DNA of 64,000 nucleotides from an uncultured Gemmatimonadales bacterium (GCA_963846545.1 CAWJWG010000001.1:2630515-2694514); one strand, 5' to 3'. Positions 23,315 to 33,832 are shown, counted from the first letter of the stretch. Notes: generated by a model from the sequence alone, not told the origin. Program-made: numbers and translations.

Positions 23315-24649
23315 TCAGAACGTGTATTCCGCCCCCACCGTCCACAGCACATCCGGCCGCATGCCTCCACGATTGAGCGGGAAGGCGCCGTTGGTTACCA
23401 CGGTAACCGCCCGGGGGATGGTAAGCTTGAGGCCGAGCGACGCGTTGATGATGTCGTCGCGGCGGTCGGGGATGGTGGAGGTGCTGATGGTGCGGCGGAA
23501 CGGCTCCTCCAGCACCACGTCGCCGGGGACCGGGATCTCGCTGGTGCCGACCGGGAACTCGGTGATCAGGTCGGCGGCGAGCGTGGCCCATGGGGCGAGG
23601 AGCTGATCGAAGCCGGCCGTGAGCAGGAAGACGTCGGGATCGCGCTCCCGGCCGCGGTACTGGTAGCCCACGTTGGCGTGGGGCGAGAAGTCGCCCAGGC
23701 GGGCGGAGATGATGCCGAGCCCGCGGAGCGCCACCGCCCCCGATCCCCGCAGGTCCTCCTCGCTGCCCGTCGGGAACCGCCCCTCCGCCAGGACCGCGAG
23801 CGACACCGGCGTCGCGTCCCGCAGCTTGACCTTCACCCGCGCCGATACGTCGCCCAGACCCGACGACGTCCCCTCCACGAAGCGGCTGGCCGTGAGGACC
23901 GGCTCGTCCTCGGTGCCGCTGAAGAAGTGCGGCGGCGGGCCGCCGCTTCCGCCGAAGGGGATGATGGTGGCGGTGCTGGTGCCGCGGAGCGAGGTCTTCA
24001 CGAACGGCAGCACCACGCCGAGATCGATCTTGTCGCTGACGCCGTAGGTGAGGGCGAACGCGGTGACGTCCACCGTCACGCCGAGGCCGAGGGTGAAGTC
24101 GATGGTCTCGTTCTCGAACTCGGGGATGCCGTAGCGGGTGCAGTCGCCCCCGAAGATCGCGTCGCAGTTGGGGAAGTCCACGTTGGTGTGGGTGAACGTC
24201 AGCGGGACCGCGTCGAGCGGCACGCCGCGCAGGGTCTCGTAGTGGAGCCCGGTGCGCGAGAGGTTCACGTACAGCCGGCCCGACCCCAGCGTCTGCGCCC
24301 GCTCGGCGTAGATCGGCCCGGGCGAGATCGAGGTGCGCACCGGCGTGGCGCCCTCGAAGCGGAAGGTCTCGCCGCCGCTGGACGCGCTCACCGGAATGTT
24401 GGAGACGTTGCTGCTGATGGAGCTGGTGAGGAACGAGATGATGGTGGCGTTGCCGCTCACGGCCGCGGGCACGAAGTGGTCGCCGTGCACCGAGACCTGG
24501 GGGTTGGCCGCCGCGGCGGAGCCGCCGAGGAAGAGCACCTCGTCACCTTCGCCGAAGATGAAGAGCTGGGTGATCCGGTCTTCCAGGCCCTGGGCCCGGA
24601 GCGGCGAGGCGAGCAACGTCAGCAGGAGAACGCAGCGCGGGAGTCGCAT
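23315..24649 (-). CDS. Putative outer-membrane beta-barrel (MetA-pathway/phenol-degradation-like transporter)
   Basis: Signal peptide ending LRA-Q; GLGDVSARVK, FPTG; terminal YTF. Confidence 0.75.
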   Translation of the reverse strand: MRLPRCVLLLTLLASPLRAQGLEDRITQLFIFGEGDEVLFLGGSAAAANPQVSVHGDHFVPAAVSGNATIISFLTSSISSNVSNIPVSASSGGETFRFEGATPVRTSISPGPIYAERAQTLGSGRLYVNLSRTGLHYETLRGVPLDAVPLTFTHTNVDFPNCDAIFGGDCTRYGIPEFENETIDFTLGLGVTVDVTAFALTYGVSDKIDLGVVLPFVKTSLRGTSTATIIPFGGSGGPPPHFFSGTEDEPVLTASRFVEGTSSGLGDVSARVKVKLRDATPVSLAVLAEGRFPTGSEEDLRGSGAVALRGLGIISARLGDFSPHANVGYQYRGRERDPDVFLLTAGFDQLLAPWATLAADLITEFPVGTSEIPVPGDVVLEEPFRRTISTSTIPDRRDDIINASLGLKLTIPRAVTVVTNGAFPLNRGGMRPDVLWTVGAEYTF

Positions 24650-24780
24650 GGCTCCCAAGCTACCGCCCCGCCCGGCGCGCGCAACCGCGACTTCTGTTCG
24701 CACCTTGCGCTCCTCCGAGTGGTGATCGAGCGCGATGAGGCCACGCGCTCTCACGAGCGTTCGGGCGCCCGGCGTGAGAT

Positions 24781-25269
24781 TCAGTCGTGCGCGGTGCGCT
24801 CGCCGCGGACCAGGTCTACCGCGTGCGCCACGAAGGCGTCGAGCGTGTCCAGGCCGTCGCGGACGCCGCCGGTGCTCCCCGGAAGATTGACGATGAGGCA
24901 GCGGCCGCGGACCCCCGCGGTGCCACGAGAGAGGGCGGCACGGGGGAATCGTGGATACACCGACACGCGGAGCGCTTCGGCGATGCCCGGGGCTTCCTTG
25001 TCGAGGATGGCGCGGGTGGCCTCGGGGGTGACGTCACGCGGGCTGAGCCCGGTGCCGCCGGTGGTGAGAATGAGATCCGCCTCATCGCCGTCGGCCCAGC
25101 CGGCGAGGGTGGTGGCGATGCGGGCCGTCTCATCGGGCACCAGCGTCCGCGCCATCAGCGTGTGACCCTGGGAGACGGCCCAGGCGGCGATGGCGTCGCC
25201 CGAGGTGTCGGCCCGCTCGCCGCGGCTGCCGGCGTCGGAGATGGTGAGGATGGCGACTCGAATCGGCAT
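24781..25269 (-). CDS. mogA: Molybdenum cofactor biosynthesis protein MogA/MoaB
   Basis: ILTISD, DTSG, TTGGTGLSPRDVTPEA, NLPGS. Confidence 0.88.
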   Translation of the reverse strand: MPIRVAILTISDAGSRGERADTSGDAIAAWAVSQGHTLMARTLVPDETARIATTLAGWADGDEADLILTTGGTGLSPRDVTPEATRAILDKEAPGIAEALRVSVYPRFPRAALSRGTAGVRGRCLIVNLPGSTGGVRDGLDTLDAFVAHAVDLVRGERTAHD

Positions 25270-25274
25270 GCCGG

Positions 25275-26384
25275 CTACTTCTTCCGGGCGGATCCCTTGG
25301 TATAGAAGGGGCGCGGCACGACCTCGGCCGCCAGCCGCTCGCCCCGGCATTCGACCTCGAAGCGGGTGCCCGGCTTGGCGGCGGCCGCGGGCAGATACGT
25401 GGTGCCGATCGCCTGGCCGAGCGACGGGCTCATGGTGCCGCTCCGGACCACGTCCACGTCGCGGCCCTCGTGGTACACCGGGTAGCCGTGGCGGGGAAAG
25501 CCGCGGCCCTCGAGCCGGAACCCGACCAGCTTCCGGGTGACGCCGCGGGTCTTCTGCATGCGGAGCGCCTTGTCGCCCATGAAGGGCGAGCCCTTGTCGA
25601 GCTTCACGATCCAGCCGAGCCCTGCCTCGAGTGGGGTGATGGTATCGTCGATGTCGTTGCCGTAGAGCGCGTAGCCCATCTCCAGCCGGAGCGAGTCCCG
25701 GGCGCCGAGGCCGATCGGCTTGGCGCCGGCGGCGGTGATGGCATTCCAGATGGCCACGGTGTCGCGGTCGCGGCAGTAGAGCTCGAAGCCGTCCTCGCCG
25801 GTGTAGCCGGTGCGGGAGATGAAGCACTGCGCGCCGGCGATCTTGCCCACGCCGAAGTGGTAGTAGGCGATGTCGTCGAGCCGGGCGTCGGAGAGCGGCT
25901 GGAGCAGCGCCTGCGCCTCCGGCCCCTGCAGCGCCAGCAGCCCGACTTCGTCCGAGATGTCCTTCAGCCGGACGTTGGCCCCGCCCTTCTGCTTGACGAT
26001 GTGCTCCCACGCCCGGGCCACGTTGGACGCGTTCACCACGATCATGAGCTTGTCTTCGAACCGGTACACGGTGCAGTCGTCCACGAACGTTCCCTCGGCC
26101 GTGAGCAGCGCGGAGTACTGGACGCCGCCCGGCTCGAGCACCGAGACGTCGTTGCAGGTGACCCGGTTCACGAAGGCGTTCCGGTCGGGGCCGGTGACCT
26201 CGAACTCGCCCATGTGGGTCACGTCGAACAGGCCGGCGGAGGTGCGGACCGCGTGGTGCTCGGCGAGAATGCCGGCGGGGTACTGCACCGGCATCTCCCA
26301 CCCGGCGAAAGGCACCAGCTTGGCGCCGAGCGCCTTGTGGGTCTCGTAGAGCGCGGTGCGGCGGAGCTGCGATGCGGTCGTCAT
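25275..26384 (-). CDS. gcvT: Glycine cleavage system aminomethyltransferase
   Basis: FAGWEMPVQY, FDVTHMGE, SRTGYTGEDGFE, GARDSLRLE. Confidence 0.96.
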   Translation of the reverse strand: MTTASQLRRTALYETHKALGAKLVPFAGWEMPVQYPAGILAEHHAVRTSAGLFDVTHMGEFEVTGPDRNAFVNRVTCNDVSVLEPGGVQYSALLTAEGTFVDDCTVYRFEDKLMIVVNASNVARAWEHIVKQKGGANVRLKDISDEVGLLALQGPEAQALLQPLSDARLDDIAYYHFGVGKIAGAQCFISRTGYTGEDGFELYCRDRDTVAIWNAITAAGAKPIGLGARDSLRLEMGYALYGNDIDDTITPLEAGLGWIVKLDKGSPFMGDKALRMQKTRGVTRKLVGFRLEGRGFPRHGYPVYHEGRDVDVVRSGTMSPSLGQAIGTTYLPAAAAKPGTRFEVECRGERLAAEVVPRPFYTKGSARKK

Positions 26385-27289
26385 GTCGTCCCCATCAGCG
26401 TAGCCATCAGAGCCTTCTGTGCGTGCAGGCGGTTCTCCGCCTGCTGCCAGACCTTCGACTGCCGTCCCTCGATCACCCCGTCGGACACCTCTTCGCCCCG
26501 GTGCGCGGGGAGACAATGGAGGAAGATGGCGGCGGGATCGGCGGACGCCATGAGCGCCTCGTCCACGATGTAGCCCTGGAAGGCACGGACCCGCTCCTCC
26601 TGCTCCTCCTCCTGCCCCATCGAGGCCCACACGTCGGTGTTCACCACGTGCGCGCCCCGGGCCGCCTCGCGCGGATCGGCCGTCACCGTGACCCTGGTGC
26701 GCCCGGAGTTGCGCTCGAGGATGGCGCGGTCCGGCAGGTAGCCCTCGGGACAGGCGAGCCGGAGCTCGAAGCCGAGCGTCCCCGCCGCGTTGAGCCAGCT
26801 GTTGGCCATGTTGTTCCCGTCGCCGATCCAGGCGACGACCTTCCCCTCCCAGCCGCCGAGCGTCTCCCGGATCGTGAGCAGGTCGGCGAGGACCTGGCAG
26901 GGATGCAGCAGGTCGGTCAGCCCGTTGATCACCGGGATGGAGGCGAACCGGGCCAGCTCCTCGACGTCCGCGTGGTCGTAGGTGCGGATCATGATGCCGT
27001 CGAGGTAGCGCGAGAGCACGCGGGCGGTGTCGCGGATCGGCTCGCCCCGGCCCAGCTGGATGTCGCGCGCGGAGAGGAAGAGGGCGTGGCCGCCGAGCTG
27101 GTAGGCGCCGACCTCGAAGGAGACCCGGGTGCGGGTGCTGCTCTTGGCGAAGATCATCCCCAGCGTCTTGCCGGCCAGCGGACGCTCGGCGTACCCCGCC
27201 TGCTTCATGCGGGCCGCGAGGTCGAACAGGGCGATCAGCTCGGGACGAGAGAAGTCGGGAATGGCGAGGAAATGGCGCGGGGTACTCAT
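26381..27289 (-). CDS. argF: Ornithine carbamoyltransferase
   Basis: SSTRT, HPCQ, DVWASMG, HCLP. Confidence 0.97.
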   Translation of the reverse strand: MSTPRHFLAIPDFSRPELIALFDLAARMKQAGYAERPLAGKTLGMIFAKSSTRTRVSFEVGAYQLGGHALFLSARDIQLGRGEPIRDTARVLSRYLDGIMIRTYDHADVEELARFASIPVINGLTDLLHPCQVLADLLTIRETLGGWEGKVVAWIGDGNNMANSWLNAAGTLGFELRLACPEGYLPDRAILERNSGRTRVTVTADPREAARGAHVVNTDVWASMGQEEEQEERVRAFQGYIVDEALMASADPAAIFLHCLPAHRGEEVSDGVIEGRQSKVWQQAENRLHAQKALMATLMGTT

Positions 27290-27319
27290 GGCGAGCGGAT
27301 TGTAGTCGCCACCCCGCGG

Positions 27320-28933
27320 CTATGGAAGGCCGACGCTGCGGCGGATGCGCGCGAATCGGCGATCGCCGCGCAGGCGCTCGAGCCGCGGGTCCACGGCGAG
27401 GTAGACCAGCTGCGACGCGCGGTCGGCCACCGCCTCCTCCAGCCAGGCGAAAGCGCGCCGGCTGTCGCCCAACGCCTCGCCGATGGTGGCCAGCAGATAG
27501 GGCGAGACGTAGCGGTCGGCCGAGAGCGAATCGAGCCGGGCGAGCACGCCGCGCGCGTCGTCGGGGCGGCCGCCGAGCGCGTGGGTCCGGCCCAGCGCCG
27601 CGAGCGCCGCGACGTCGTCCTCCGCGCGATCGAGCGCGCCCCGGTAGTGCGACTCGGCGAGCTCGTAGTCGCCCTGGGCCTCGGCCAGGAGGCCGAGCCG
27701 GTAGCGGGTGTCGCTCCGCGTCGAGTCGAGCGCGAGCGCGCGGTCGAGGCTCTCGCGCGCGTCGGCGTAGCGGCCGGCCACGAGATACTGCCAGCCCCGG
27801 TCGGCGATCGTCTCCGGGTCGAGCGGGGTGAGCTCCTCCGCCCGGCGCGCGTGCAGCAGCGCCTCGTTGGTCCGGCCGAGCGCCGCGAACAGGTGGGCGT
27901 ACCCGCGGTGGACCTGGGGCCGGTTGGGGTTGAGAGCGAGGGCCTTCACGAAGGCGGAGTCGGCGCGGTCCCAGTCCCAGTCGTAGACGAAGCGGACGAC
28001 ACCCAGCGTGGCGTGGGCCGCGGCGAGCGTGGTGTCGAGCGCGAGTGCCCGCACCGCGGCGGCGCGTGCGGCCGGCATCGCATCGACCGGCCGGGCGCCG
28101 CCCTCCGTCGCGCGCCGCACGTGCGCGTCGGCCAGCCCGGCCCACGCGGGGGCGAAGCTCGAGTCGCCGGCGATCGCCTCCTGGTAGAGCGCCGCCGCGC
28201 GCGACGGGTCGGCACCCCCGGGACGCCGGCCGGCCTGGCGCGCCCGGAGATACGCGCTGTAGGCGTCGAGGCTGGCCGTGGGTGCCGGCTCCGGCGCGGC
28301 AGGCGTGGCGCCGGGCAGGCGCATCGCCGACACGACCGACCGCGCGATCTCGTTCTGGACGGCGAAGATGTCGCCGGGAAGGCGCTCGTAGGTCTCCGAC
28401 CAGAGGTCGAACCCCTCGCTCACGCTGACCAGGTGGACGGTGATGCGGAGCCGGTCGTTGGCCTGGCGCACGCTGCCCTCCAGCACGGTGCCGACATTGA
28501 GCCGGCGGCCGGCGTCGCGCGGATCCTCGCTGCCCTTGAGCGTGAAGGCGGAGGACGCCGCGGCCACCCTGAGCCCCGGCACCCGGCCCAGTGCGGCGAT
28601 CAGCTCCTCGGTCATCCCGTCGCTGACGTATTCGTTCGCGGTGTCCGGACTGGCGTTGACCAGCGGCAGCACCCCGATGGAGTTCGGCCTCGGCTCGGGG
28701 GTGCGGGCGGCGACGGCGGGGAGAGGCGCGGTGTAGCGGAGCCATAGCGACACGCCGAGCAGTCCCAGCACCGCGGCGGAGAAGAAGATCCACCGCGGCG
28801 ACAGGCGCCGGCGGAGCACCACCCGCTCGCCGGTGGTGAGACCGCGCCCACCGCGCGCCTCGAGCTCCGAGGTGTCGAGCGTCGCGGGCGATTCGCCGGC
28901 CGGATCGGTTGCGGGATCGGTGAGATCTGCCAC
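27320..28933 (-). CDS. Single-TM TolB-like/TPR protein without catalytic domain
   Basis: SIGVLPLVN...SDGMTEELI, VLEGSVR, WSETYER, TPRs; start approximate. Confidence 0.85.
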   Translation of the reverse strand: MADLTDPATDPAGESPATLDTSELEARGGRGLTTGERVVLRRRLSPRWIFFSAAVLGLLGVSLWLRYTAPLPAVAARTPEPRPNSIGVLPLVNASPDTANEYVSDGMTEELIAALGRVPGLRVAAASSAFTLKGSEDPRDAGRRLNVGTVLEGSVRQANDRLRITVHLVSVSEGFDLWSETYERLPGDIFAVQNEIARSVVSAMRLPGATPAAPEPAPTASLDAYSAYLRARQAGRRPGGADPSRAAALYQEAIAGDSSFAPAWAGLADAHVRRATEGGARPVDAMPAARAAAVRALALDTTLAAAHATLGVVRFVYDWDWDRADSAFVKALALNPNRPQVHRGYAHLFAALGRTNEALLHARRAEELTPLDPETIADRGWQYLVAGRYADARESLDRALALDSTRSDTRYRLGLLAEAQGDYELAESHYRGALDRAEDDVAALAALGRTHALGGRPDDARGVLARLDSLSADRYVSPYLLATIGEALGDSRRAFAWLEEAVADRASQLVYLAVDPRLERLRGDRRFARIRRSVGLP

Positions 28934-29118
28934 GCGTAACAATAGGCCCCCGGACGGCGCACTGGCCAGCCGAGCGCCTCGGAGGGCCGCAGGTACCCTC
29001 AGCCTGGGAGGCAGCGATCGCGGCGACGGCGAGGGCGACGGGCAGCCACCGGCGGCGAGCGGGCGCGATGGGTGATGAAGGGAGGACGGTCCACGACTGG
29101 CAGATCTCTCGGCGCAGT

Positions 29119-30258
29119 CTATCGGGACAGTGAGATCGATACGATGTTGCGAAAGAACTCTCGTAGCTCCGCCGGCGCCGCGAGTGGAAACGACCAGGCC
29201 AGCAAGACCTGCCCGGCAATGATCAGCCCTGCGCTCATTTGGACATATCCGAAAGGCCGCCGCGGATCGCGCCCCATCCCCCGGTAGAACTCGTCGGTCC
29301 CGATCACGTAGGCCGGACGGACCTGAGCGAAGACCCCCAACTTCCTCTGCTCCCCTGCGACTACGACCCGGGCATCGACCCCAAGATCGGCGCTGAACGT
29401 CGCCTTGTCGCGCTCGGTTCCCAGTGCCGGTATGTCCAGGCCAAACCTCGGCCAGAAATTGCCGGAGACCACGAGCTCCGACTTTCCAGGGGCCCCGCTC
29501 GCGGCCTGGAAAACGGGAAATACGGATGACACCACCGCGTTGCCGCCTCCGGACAGGAAGCGAGTGACTGCTTTGGCCTGGTCCTCTTCTTCATCATTCG
29601 ATGGGTCCGTGTCTCCGGACGCCGCCAGAACGCCGTCGATAGATGTTCGGAACGGCCCCAGAAAGTCGGTGACGATGGCGATGTTGAGTGCGCCACGGTT
29701 CTCGGTGCCTGAGAGCGTGAGCTGTTGGAGGATGTCGGCGCCGTTGGGATCCCAGTAGCAGCCGGCGCCCTGTGCATTCGCTACCGGCAGGAATCCTGAG
29801 AGGCTGTTCCGCGGCCTCGGCAACGACTTCAGCTTGTTTTCCAGATGTCTTGGGTCGCCGACTTCTCCCGCCGCCCGAGCCTTCCTGATCTCTTCCCTCA
29901 GGTCCCTTCTTGCCTTTCTCGCGCTCTCGCCGACGCGGCGCAAGTGCGCACAGATCGTATCCGCTCGCACTGCCTCCAAGCCCCTGACCGACTGCTCCGT
30001 GATGAAGATCTGGTAGTCGAGCGCGTACTGTTGATCGAGGGACTCCGTCACCTGTCGCTGTCGCTTGAGTGTCTCGAGTCGCCGTCTGACCGCTTCACCC
30101 GCGAACTGCTTTGCGGCCAACCCGGCGGCCTGCTCCCTCGAGACCGAGGGAGGACTCTCCTTACCCGCCAATGGCAGAAACGTCTGACCATGCCCGGGTT
30201 CGGCAATGAGGAGCAGATTGAGAATGCCGAGGCCGCTCAGAACCGATCTGGTGACCAT
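29119..30258 (-). CDS. Hypothetical exported protein (helical N-half, beta-strand-rich C-half)
   Basis: Signal-peptide-like MVTRSVLSGLGILNLLLIAEPGHG; GAGGAGG upstream; start uncertain. Confidence 0.65.
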   Translation of the reverse strand: MVTRSVLSGLGILNLLLIAEPGHGQTFLPLAGKESPPSVSREQAAGLAAKQFAGEAVRRRLETLKRQRQVTESLDQQYALDYQIFITEQSVRGLEAVRADTICAHLRRVGESARKARRDLREEIRKARAAGEVGDPRHLENKLKSLPRPRNSLSGFLPVANAQGAGCYWDPNGADILQQLTLSGTENRGALNIAIVTDFLGPFRTSIDGVLAASGDTDPSNDEEEDQAKAVTRFLSGGGNAVVSSVFPVFQAASGAPGKSELVVSGNFWPRFGLDIPALGTERDKATFSADLGVDARVVVAGEQRKLGVFAQVRPAYVIGTDEFYRGMGRDPRRPFGYVQMSAGLIIAGQVLLAWSFPLAAPAELREFFRNIVSISLSR

Positions 30259-30343
30259 TCGTGGCACGACCTCCTCTTGTGGCGACATGGCGCTCGCACG
30301 AGGGCATTCGACCGCTCCGAAAATGAAGGCGGCCGATTCGGTG

Positions 30344-30628
30344 CTACTTCGGAGCGATGGCGAGCTTTTGCAGCGTGGAGTCGCAGGCGTATCCAGCAAG
30401 CAAGGCGCTACGCCAGGTAGTGAGCGTATCCTCCAGCCACGCCATCAGCAGCGCTGCCACGATCAGGGAGAACAGCGCCGTCGCCACATACGGCCTAACC
30501 TTGTCCCAGAGCACGGCCCAGTCTCTGAATGCCTCCTTGGGCCGTGGCAGGATTGCGCGTATCAAGGGCAGGACCACGCTTACAGCCACGCCGAGCGCCA
30601 CGAAACCGTAGATCTTCCAGTTCCACAT
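30344..30628 (-). CDS. Small 2-3 TM membrane protein (94 aa)
   Basis: GGAGG RBS; hydrophobic segments. Confidence 0.7.
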   Translation of the reverse strand: MWNWKIYGFVALGVAVSVVLPLIRAILPRPKEAFRDWAVLWDKVRPYVATALFSLIVAALLMAWLEDTLTTWRSALLAGYACDSTLQKLAIAPK

Positions 30629-30720
30629 GAGACGTCCTCCGATGCCCCGCGAGGTTATCTCGTGAGCACGCTCGCTCGCCTGCGCTCGTGCGGCAGGGCT
30701 TTACCCGAGCACAGGATGAA

Positions 30721-30969
30721 TCACGGCTTCCTGAACGGCGGCGGTGGAGGTTGGGTCGCATCCTGCGGCGGATCGCCCGTCCCTCCGGATCCACCGCTTG
30801 CCGCCTTCAGGTCGTCCAGCTCGCCGAGCACATCATTGCCCCACTTCTCCAGCTCCTTGCCGTACGTGATCAGCGCGGTGCACAGCTCATCGAGGCTACC
30901 GACGCACGAGACCGACTTGTACGGGCTGGGTGCGCGCTTCTTGGGAGGGGTGGGTTTCTGGCCGGACAT
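30721..30969 (-). CDS. Small protein (82 aa) with Gly/Pro-rich tail
   Basis: GGAGG RBS 6 nt before ATG; central helix with two Cys; ends PPPPPFRKP. Confidence 0.75.
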   Translation of the reverse strand: MSGQKPTPPKKRAPSPYKSVSCVGSLDELCTALITYGKELEKWGNDVLGELDDLKAASGGSGGTGDPPQDATQPPPPPFRKP

Positions 30970-31018
30970 GGTGCGCCTCCATCATCGAAAATGAGAAAGG
31001 TAAGAAACGTGGACAGTG

Positions 31019-33832
31019 CTATCGCCTCAGCGCTTGGATCCGCAACCGCAGCCCTTCCGCGCGACCACGCTGTCCCAGGGCCACAGCCACGCGCTCGCGC
31101 AACGCCAGCGCGGCGGGCAGAAAGGCGAGATGAATGACCGGCTGGGGCGCCTCGAGCCGGCTGGCGACCTGGTCAGCGCGGACGAGATCCCCCTGGGCCA
31201 CCAACAGCCCCGCGAGGGTTAATCGCTCTCCGGCAAGGGACTCCCACGGCTGCCATTCGAGATCCCCGGGCGGGGCATTGGGACTCAGCGCCGCGAGCTC
31301 GCGCAGCGCGGAGGCGGAATCGCCCCGTGCCAGCGTCAGGTGCGCCCCAATGACCTTCGCCAGGAGAGAATCCACACGGGCGCCGGACGAATCCGCGCTG
31401 GCTTGGAGAACCTGCGCGATTGCCGACAGAGCCGGTGCGTCGCCTCGATGTGCGGCCCAGACTCCGAGCGCCCACAGCATCGCCCCACCCATTCCGGAGT
31501 ACTTCGTCCCGAATTCACGGGCGACGGCGGCGGCCCGGTCATCGAGACCCGATGCCGCCGTTGCGTCGATCAGATACAACACGGGCCCACCCAGATCCGC
31601 CGCTTCCGGTGCATCGAGAAGGGTTCGCACTTCACCCAGCCTCCCCTCGGCGATGAGCGCGCTCTGCAATCCCAGCAGCGCACCCCATCGATGACTGGCT
31701 CCGGCCGTCTCGCTCGCGAGCACCGCCCTGAAGCCAGCTCGGGCGCAGGCCGACTGCGCGCCCCCGACCGACAGCAGGCGCGAGGCGAGCAAGACCTGGC
31801 CTGGGTCTCGCCGGGCGGACCGCGTCCAGTCCACTTCCGCTGGTCCGGCTCGCACGCAGCGTAGCATGAGGTCGAGCCGAGCACTGACGGCGGAGTCGGG
31901 CTCAGCCTGCTGAAAGGCCGAGATCATCCGGCTCGCCGCGGTGGTATCGCCCCTCCGAAGGGCGATTTCGGCGAGGTGAAGGAGCGGTGGGGCGAAGGTG
32001 GAGTCGATCTGGCGAGCCCTGGCGAAGGCCGCTTCGGCCAGGGAGTCGGGGGCATTCACCGCCGGGAGCAGGTGGTAGTAGGCCTCGCCAAGTGCGGCCC
32101 AGGCCTCGCTCCACGAGGGATCGAGGTCGATTGCGCGCCTGTACTCAGCGACCGCGGAATCGCCGGCGCCGACGAGGTAGTCGCGGAGGCCTTTGGCAAA
32201 GCTCGCATACCGCGGGGGCAGCCAGTGGCGGGTGTCGAGCGCGACCTCCACCAGCTGGAGCGCCTCCTGGTTCGACTCCCTCCAGTTGGCCGCCTGCGCG
32301 CCTTTGAGCGCCGCGATGGCCAGCGACGAGTCTTCCTTCACCGCCCGCCGGTAATGGTCGAGCGCGCTCGCGAAGCTGACGCGGCGGTAGTCGTGCTCGC
32401 CCTGGAGAAACTCGGCGATCGCGGTGGGCCGGCGTTGGGCGAGCGCGCTCAGATCGACCTGTCTCCCCGGCTCCAGGAGCGCGGGCAGAAGTCCCGCAAC
32501 GGCCTCGAGACCCAGCCGGGGAATCGCGGCCGCCGCCGCCGGGCCTGAGGCGCCGGCTCGCGCGACCACGGAGTCGCCCCGCACGTCGTGCAGCCGCAGG
32601 ACGACGGTCGTGGAATCGGGCTCGCGGACGATCCGGCCGTCGATGTAGTATCGAGCCTTCTGCCTGCGACCGATCGCGTTCGCCTTGCTGCTGGGCAAGG
32701 GCCCGGGCTCGGCACGCTCAGTCTCGTTCAGCCAGTCCCAGCCCTCCAGCCAGCGCAACCCGGGCGCCCTTTCGAGAGCATATCCCACATAGGTGGCCGC
32801 GCCCTCGCCCGCAGCTCCCCCGTCCTCGTCGCTGAGCGGAAACACCACCACCCGCCTGGGATCCAGCGTGTCGCCGGGGCGGATCATCCGGTCCCAGACC
32901 AGCCAGCCACCCCACAGCAGCGATCCGATAACTGCCGCTCCCGCCAGCCAGCGCCGGGGTGGGAACGATTCTCGGCGCGACGCGACGGCATGGGAGGCGG
33001 CCTCGAGCTGCAGGGCGAATTCATCGGTCGTGGCAAAGCGATCCGCGGGCACCTTGGCGAGCGCCTGCTCGATCACCCCCTGCACCGCGATCGGGGTGGT
33101 CGGTCGTACCACTCTCAGTGAGGGGGGTGGCTCATGCAGGTGGCGCGCCAATACCGCCTGAGAGGTGCGACCTCCAAACGGCGGCTCACCGGCAAGCATC
33201 TCGTAGACCACGCAACCCAGCGCGTAGGTATCGGCGCGACCGTCGACGTGGCCGTCGCCACTGGCTTGCTCGGGGCTCATGTAGGAGGGAGTACCGACCG
33301 CCATGCCGGACGCCGTCAGCTCCTGACCTCCGGCTTCGGCCAGGGCCCGGGCCACACCAAAGTCCGCCACCACGGCCTGGGTACCGACGAGCAGGATGTT
33401 GCCCGGCTTGATGTCACGGTGCACGATGTCGTGGCGATGCGCATAGCTGAGCGCATCCGCGACCTGGCAGGCGATGCGGATCGTGTCCGCTATGGGCAGC
33501 TGACGCTCTCGCTCCAGGCGCTGGCGGAGAGACTCACCCTCCACGTAGGGCATGGTGTAGTAGAGAACGCCGTTGATCTCCCCCGAGTCGTGCAATCCCA
33601 GGATGTGCGGATGCTGCAGGCGGGCGGCGATCCGGATCTCGCGGAGGAAGCGCTCCGTGCCCAGCTCCGCGGCGACCTCGGGCCGCAGGACCTTTAGTGC
33701 CACCAGGCGACCCTGCCTGACATCGGTTGCGAGGAACACCACCGCCATGCCCCCGCGGCCCAGCTCGCGCACGAGCTGATAGCGCTCCCCGATGGTGTCC
33801 TGCAACCGATCCAGCAGGGCCAGCTCGGTCAT
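31019..33832 (-). CDS. Receptor-like Ser/Thr kinase (kinase-TM-TolB-like-TPR)
   Basis: LGRGGMA, VALK, HRDIKPGN, DFG, YMSPE; TM WLAGAAVIGSLLWGGWLVW. Confidence 0.92.
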   Translation of the reverse strand: MTELALLDRLQDTIGERYQLVRELGRGGMAVVFLATDVRQGRLVALKVLRPEVAAELGTERFLREIRIAARLQHPHILGLHDSGEINGVLYYTMPYVEGESLRQRLERERQLPIADTIRIACQVADALSYAHRHDIVHRDIKPGNILLVGTQAVVADFGVARALAEAGGQELTASGMAVGTPSYMSPEQASGDGHVDGRADTYALGCVVYEMLAGEPPFGGRTSQAVLARHLHEPPPSLRVVRPTTPIAVQGVIEQALAKVPADRFATTDEFALQLEAASHAVASRRESFPPRRWLAGAAVIGSLLWGGWLVWDRMIRPGDTLDPRRVVVFPLSDEDGGAAGEGAATYVGYALERAPGLRWLEGWDWLNETERAEPGPLPSSKANAIGRRQKARYYIDGRIVREPDSTTVVLRLHDVRGDSVVARAGASGPAAAAAIPRLGLEAVAGLLPALLEPGRQVDLSALAQRRPTAIAEFLQGEHDYRRVSFASALDHYRRAVKEDSSLAIAALKGAQAANWRESNQEALQLVEVALDTRHWLPPRYASFAKGLRDYLVGAGDSAVAEYRRAIDLDPSWSEAWAALGEAYYHLLPAVNAPDSLAEAAFARARQIDSTFAPPLLHLAEIALRRGDTTAASRMISAFQQAEPDSAVSARLDLMLRCVRAGPAEVDWTRSARRDPGQVLLASRLLSVGGAQSACARAGFRAVLASETAGASHRWGALLGLQSALIAEGRLGEVRTLLDAPEAADLGGPVLYLIDATAASGLDDRAAAVAREFGTKYSGMGGAMLWALGVWAAHRGDAPALSAIAQVLQASADSSGARVDSLLAKVIGAHLTLARGDSASALRELAALSPNAPPGDLEWQPWESLAGERLTLAGLLVAQGDLVRADQVASRLEAPQPVIHLAFLPAALALRERVAVALGQRGRAEGLRLRIQALRR

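Noticed and set aside
25275-29219. 1314-aa ORF, and similar long ORFs 360..3353, 39570..41387, 24781..26301, as fusions
   Set aside because: N-terminal parts are off-frame or antisense shadows typical of high-GC DNA; only the C-terminal parts are real genes
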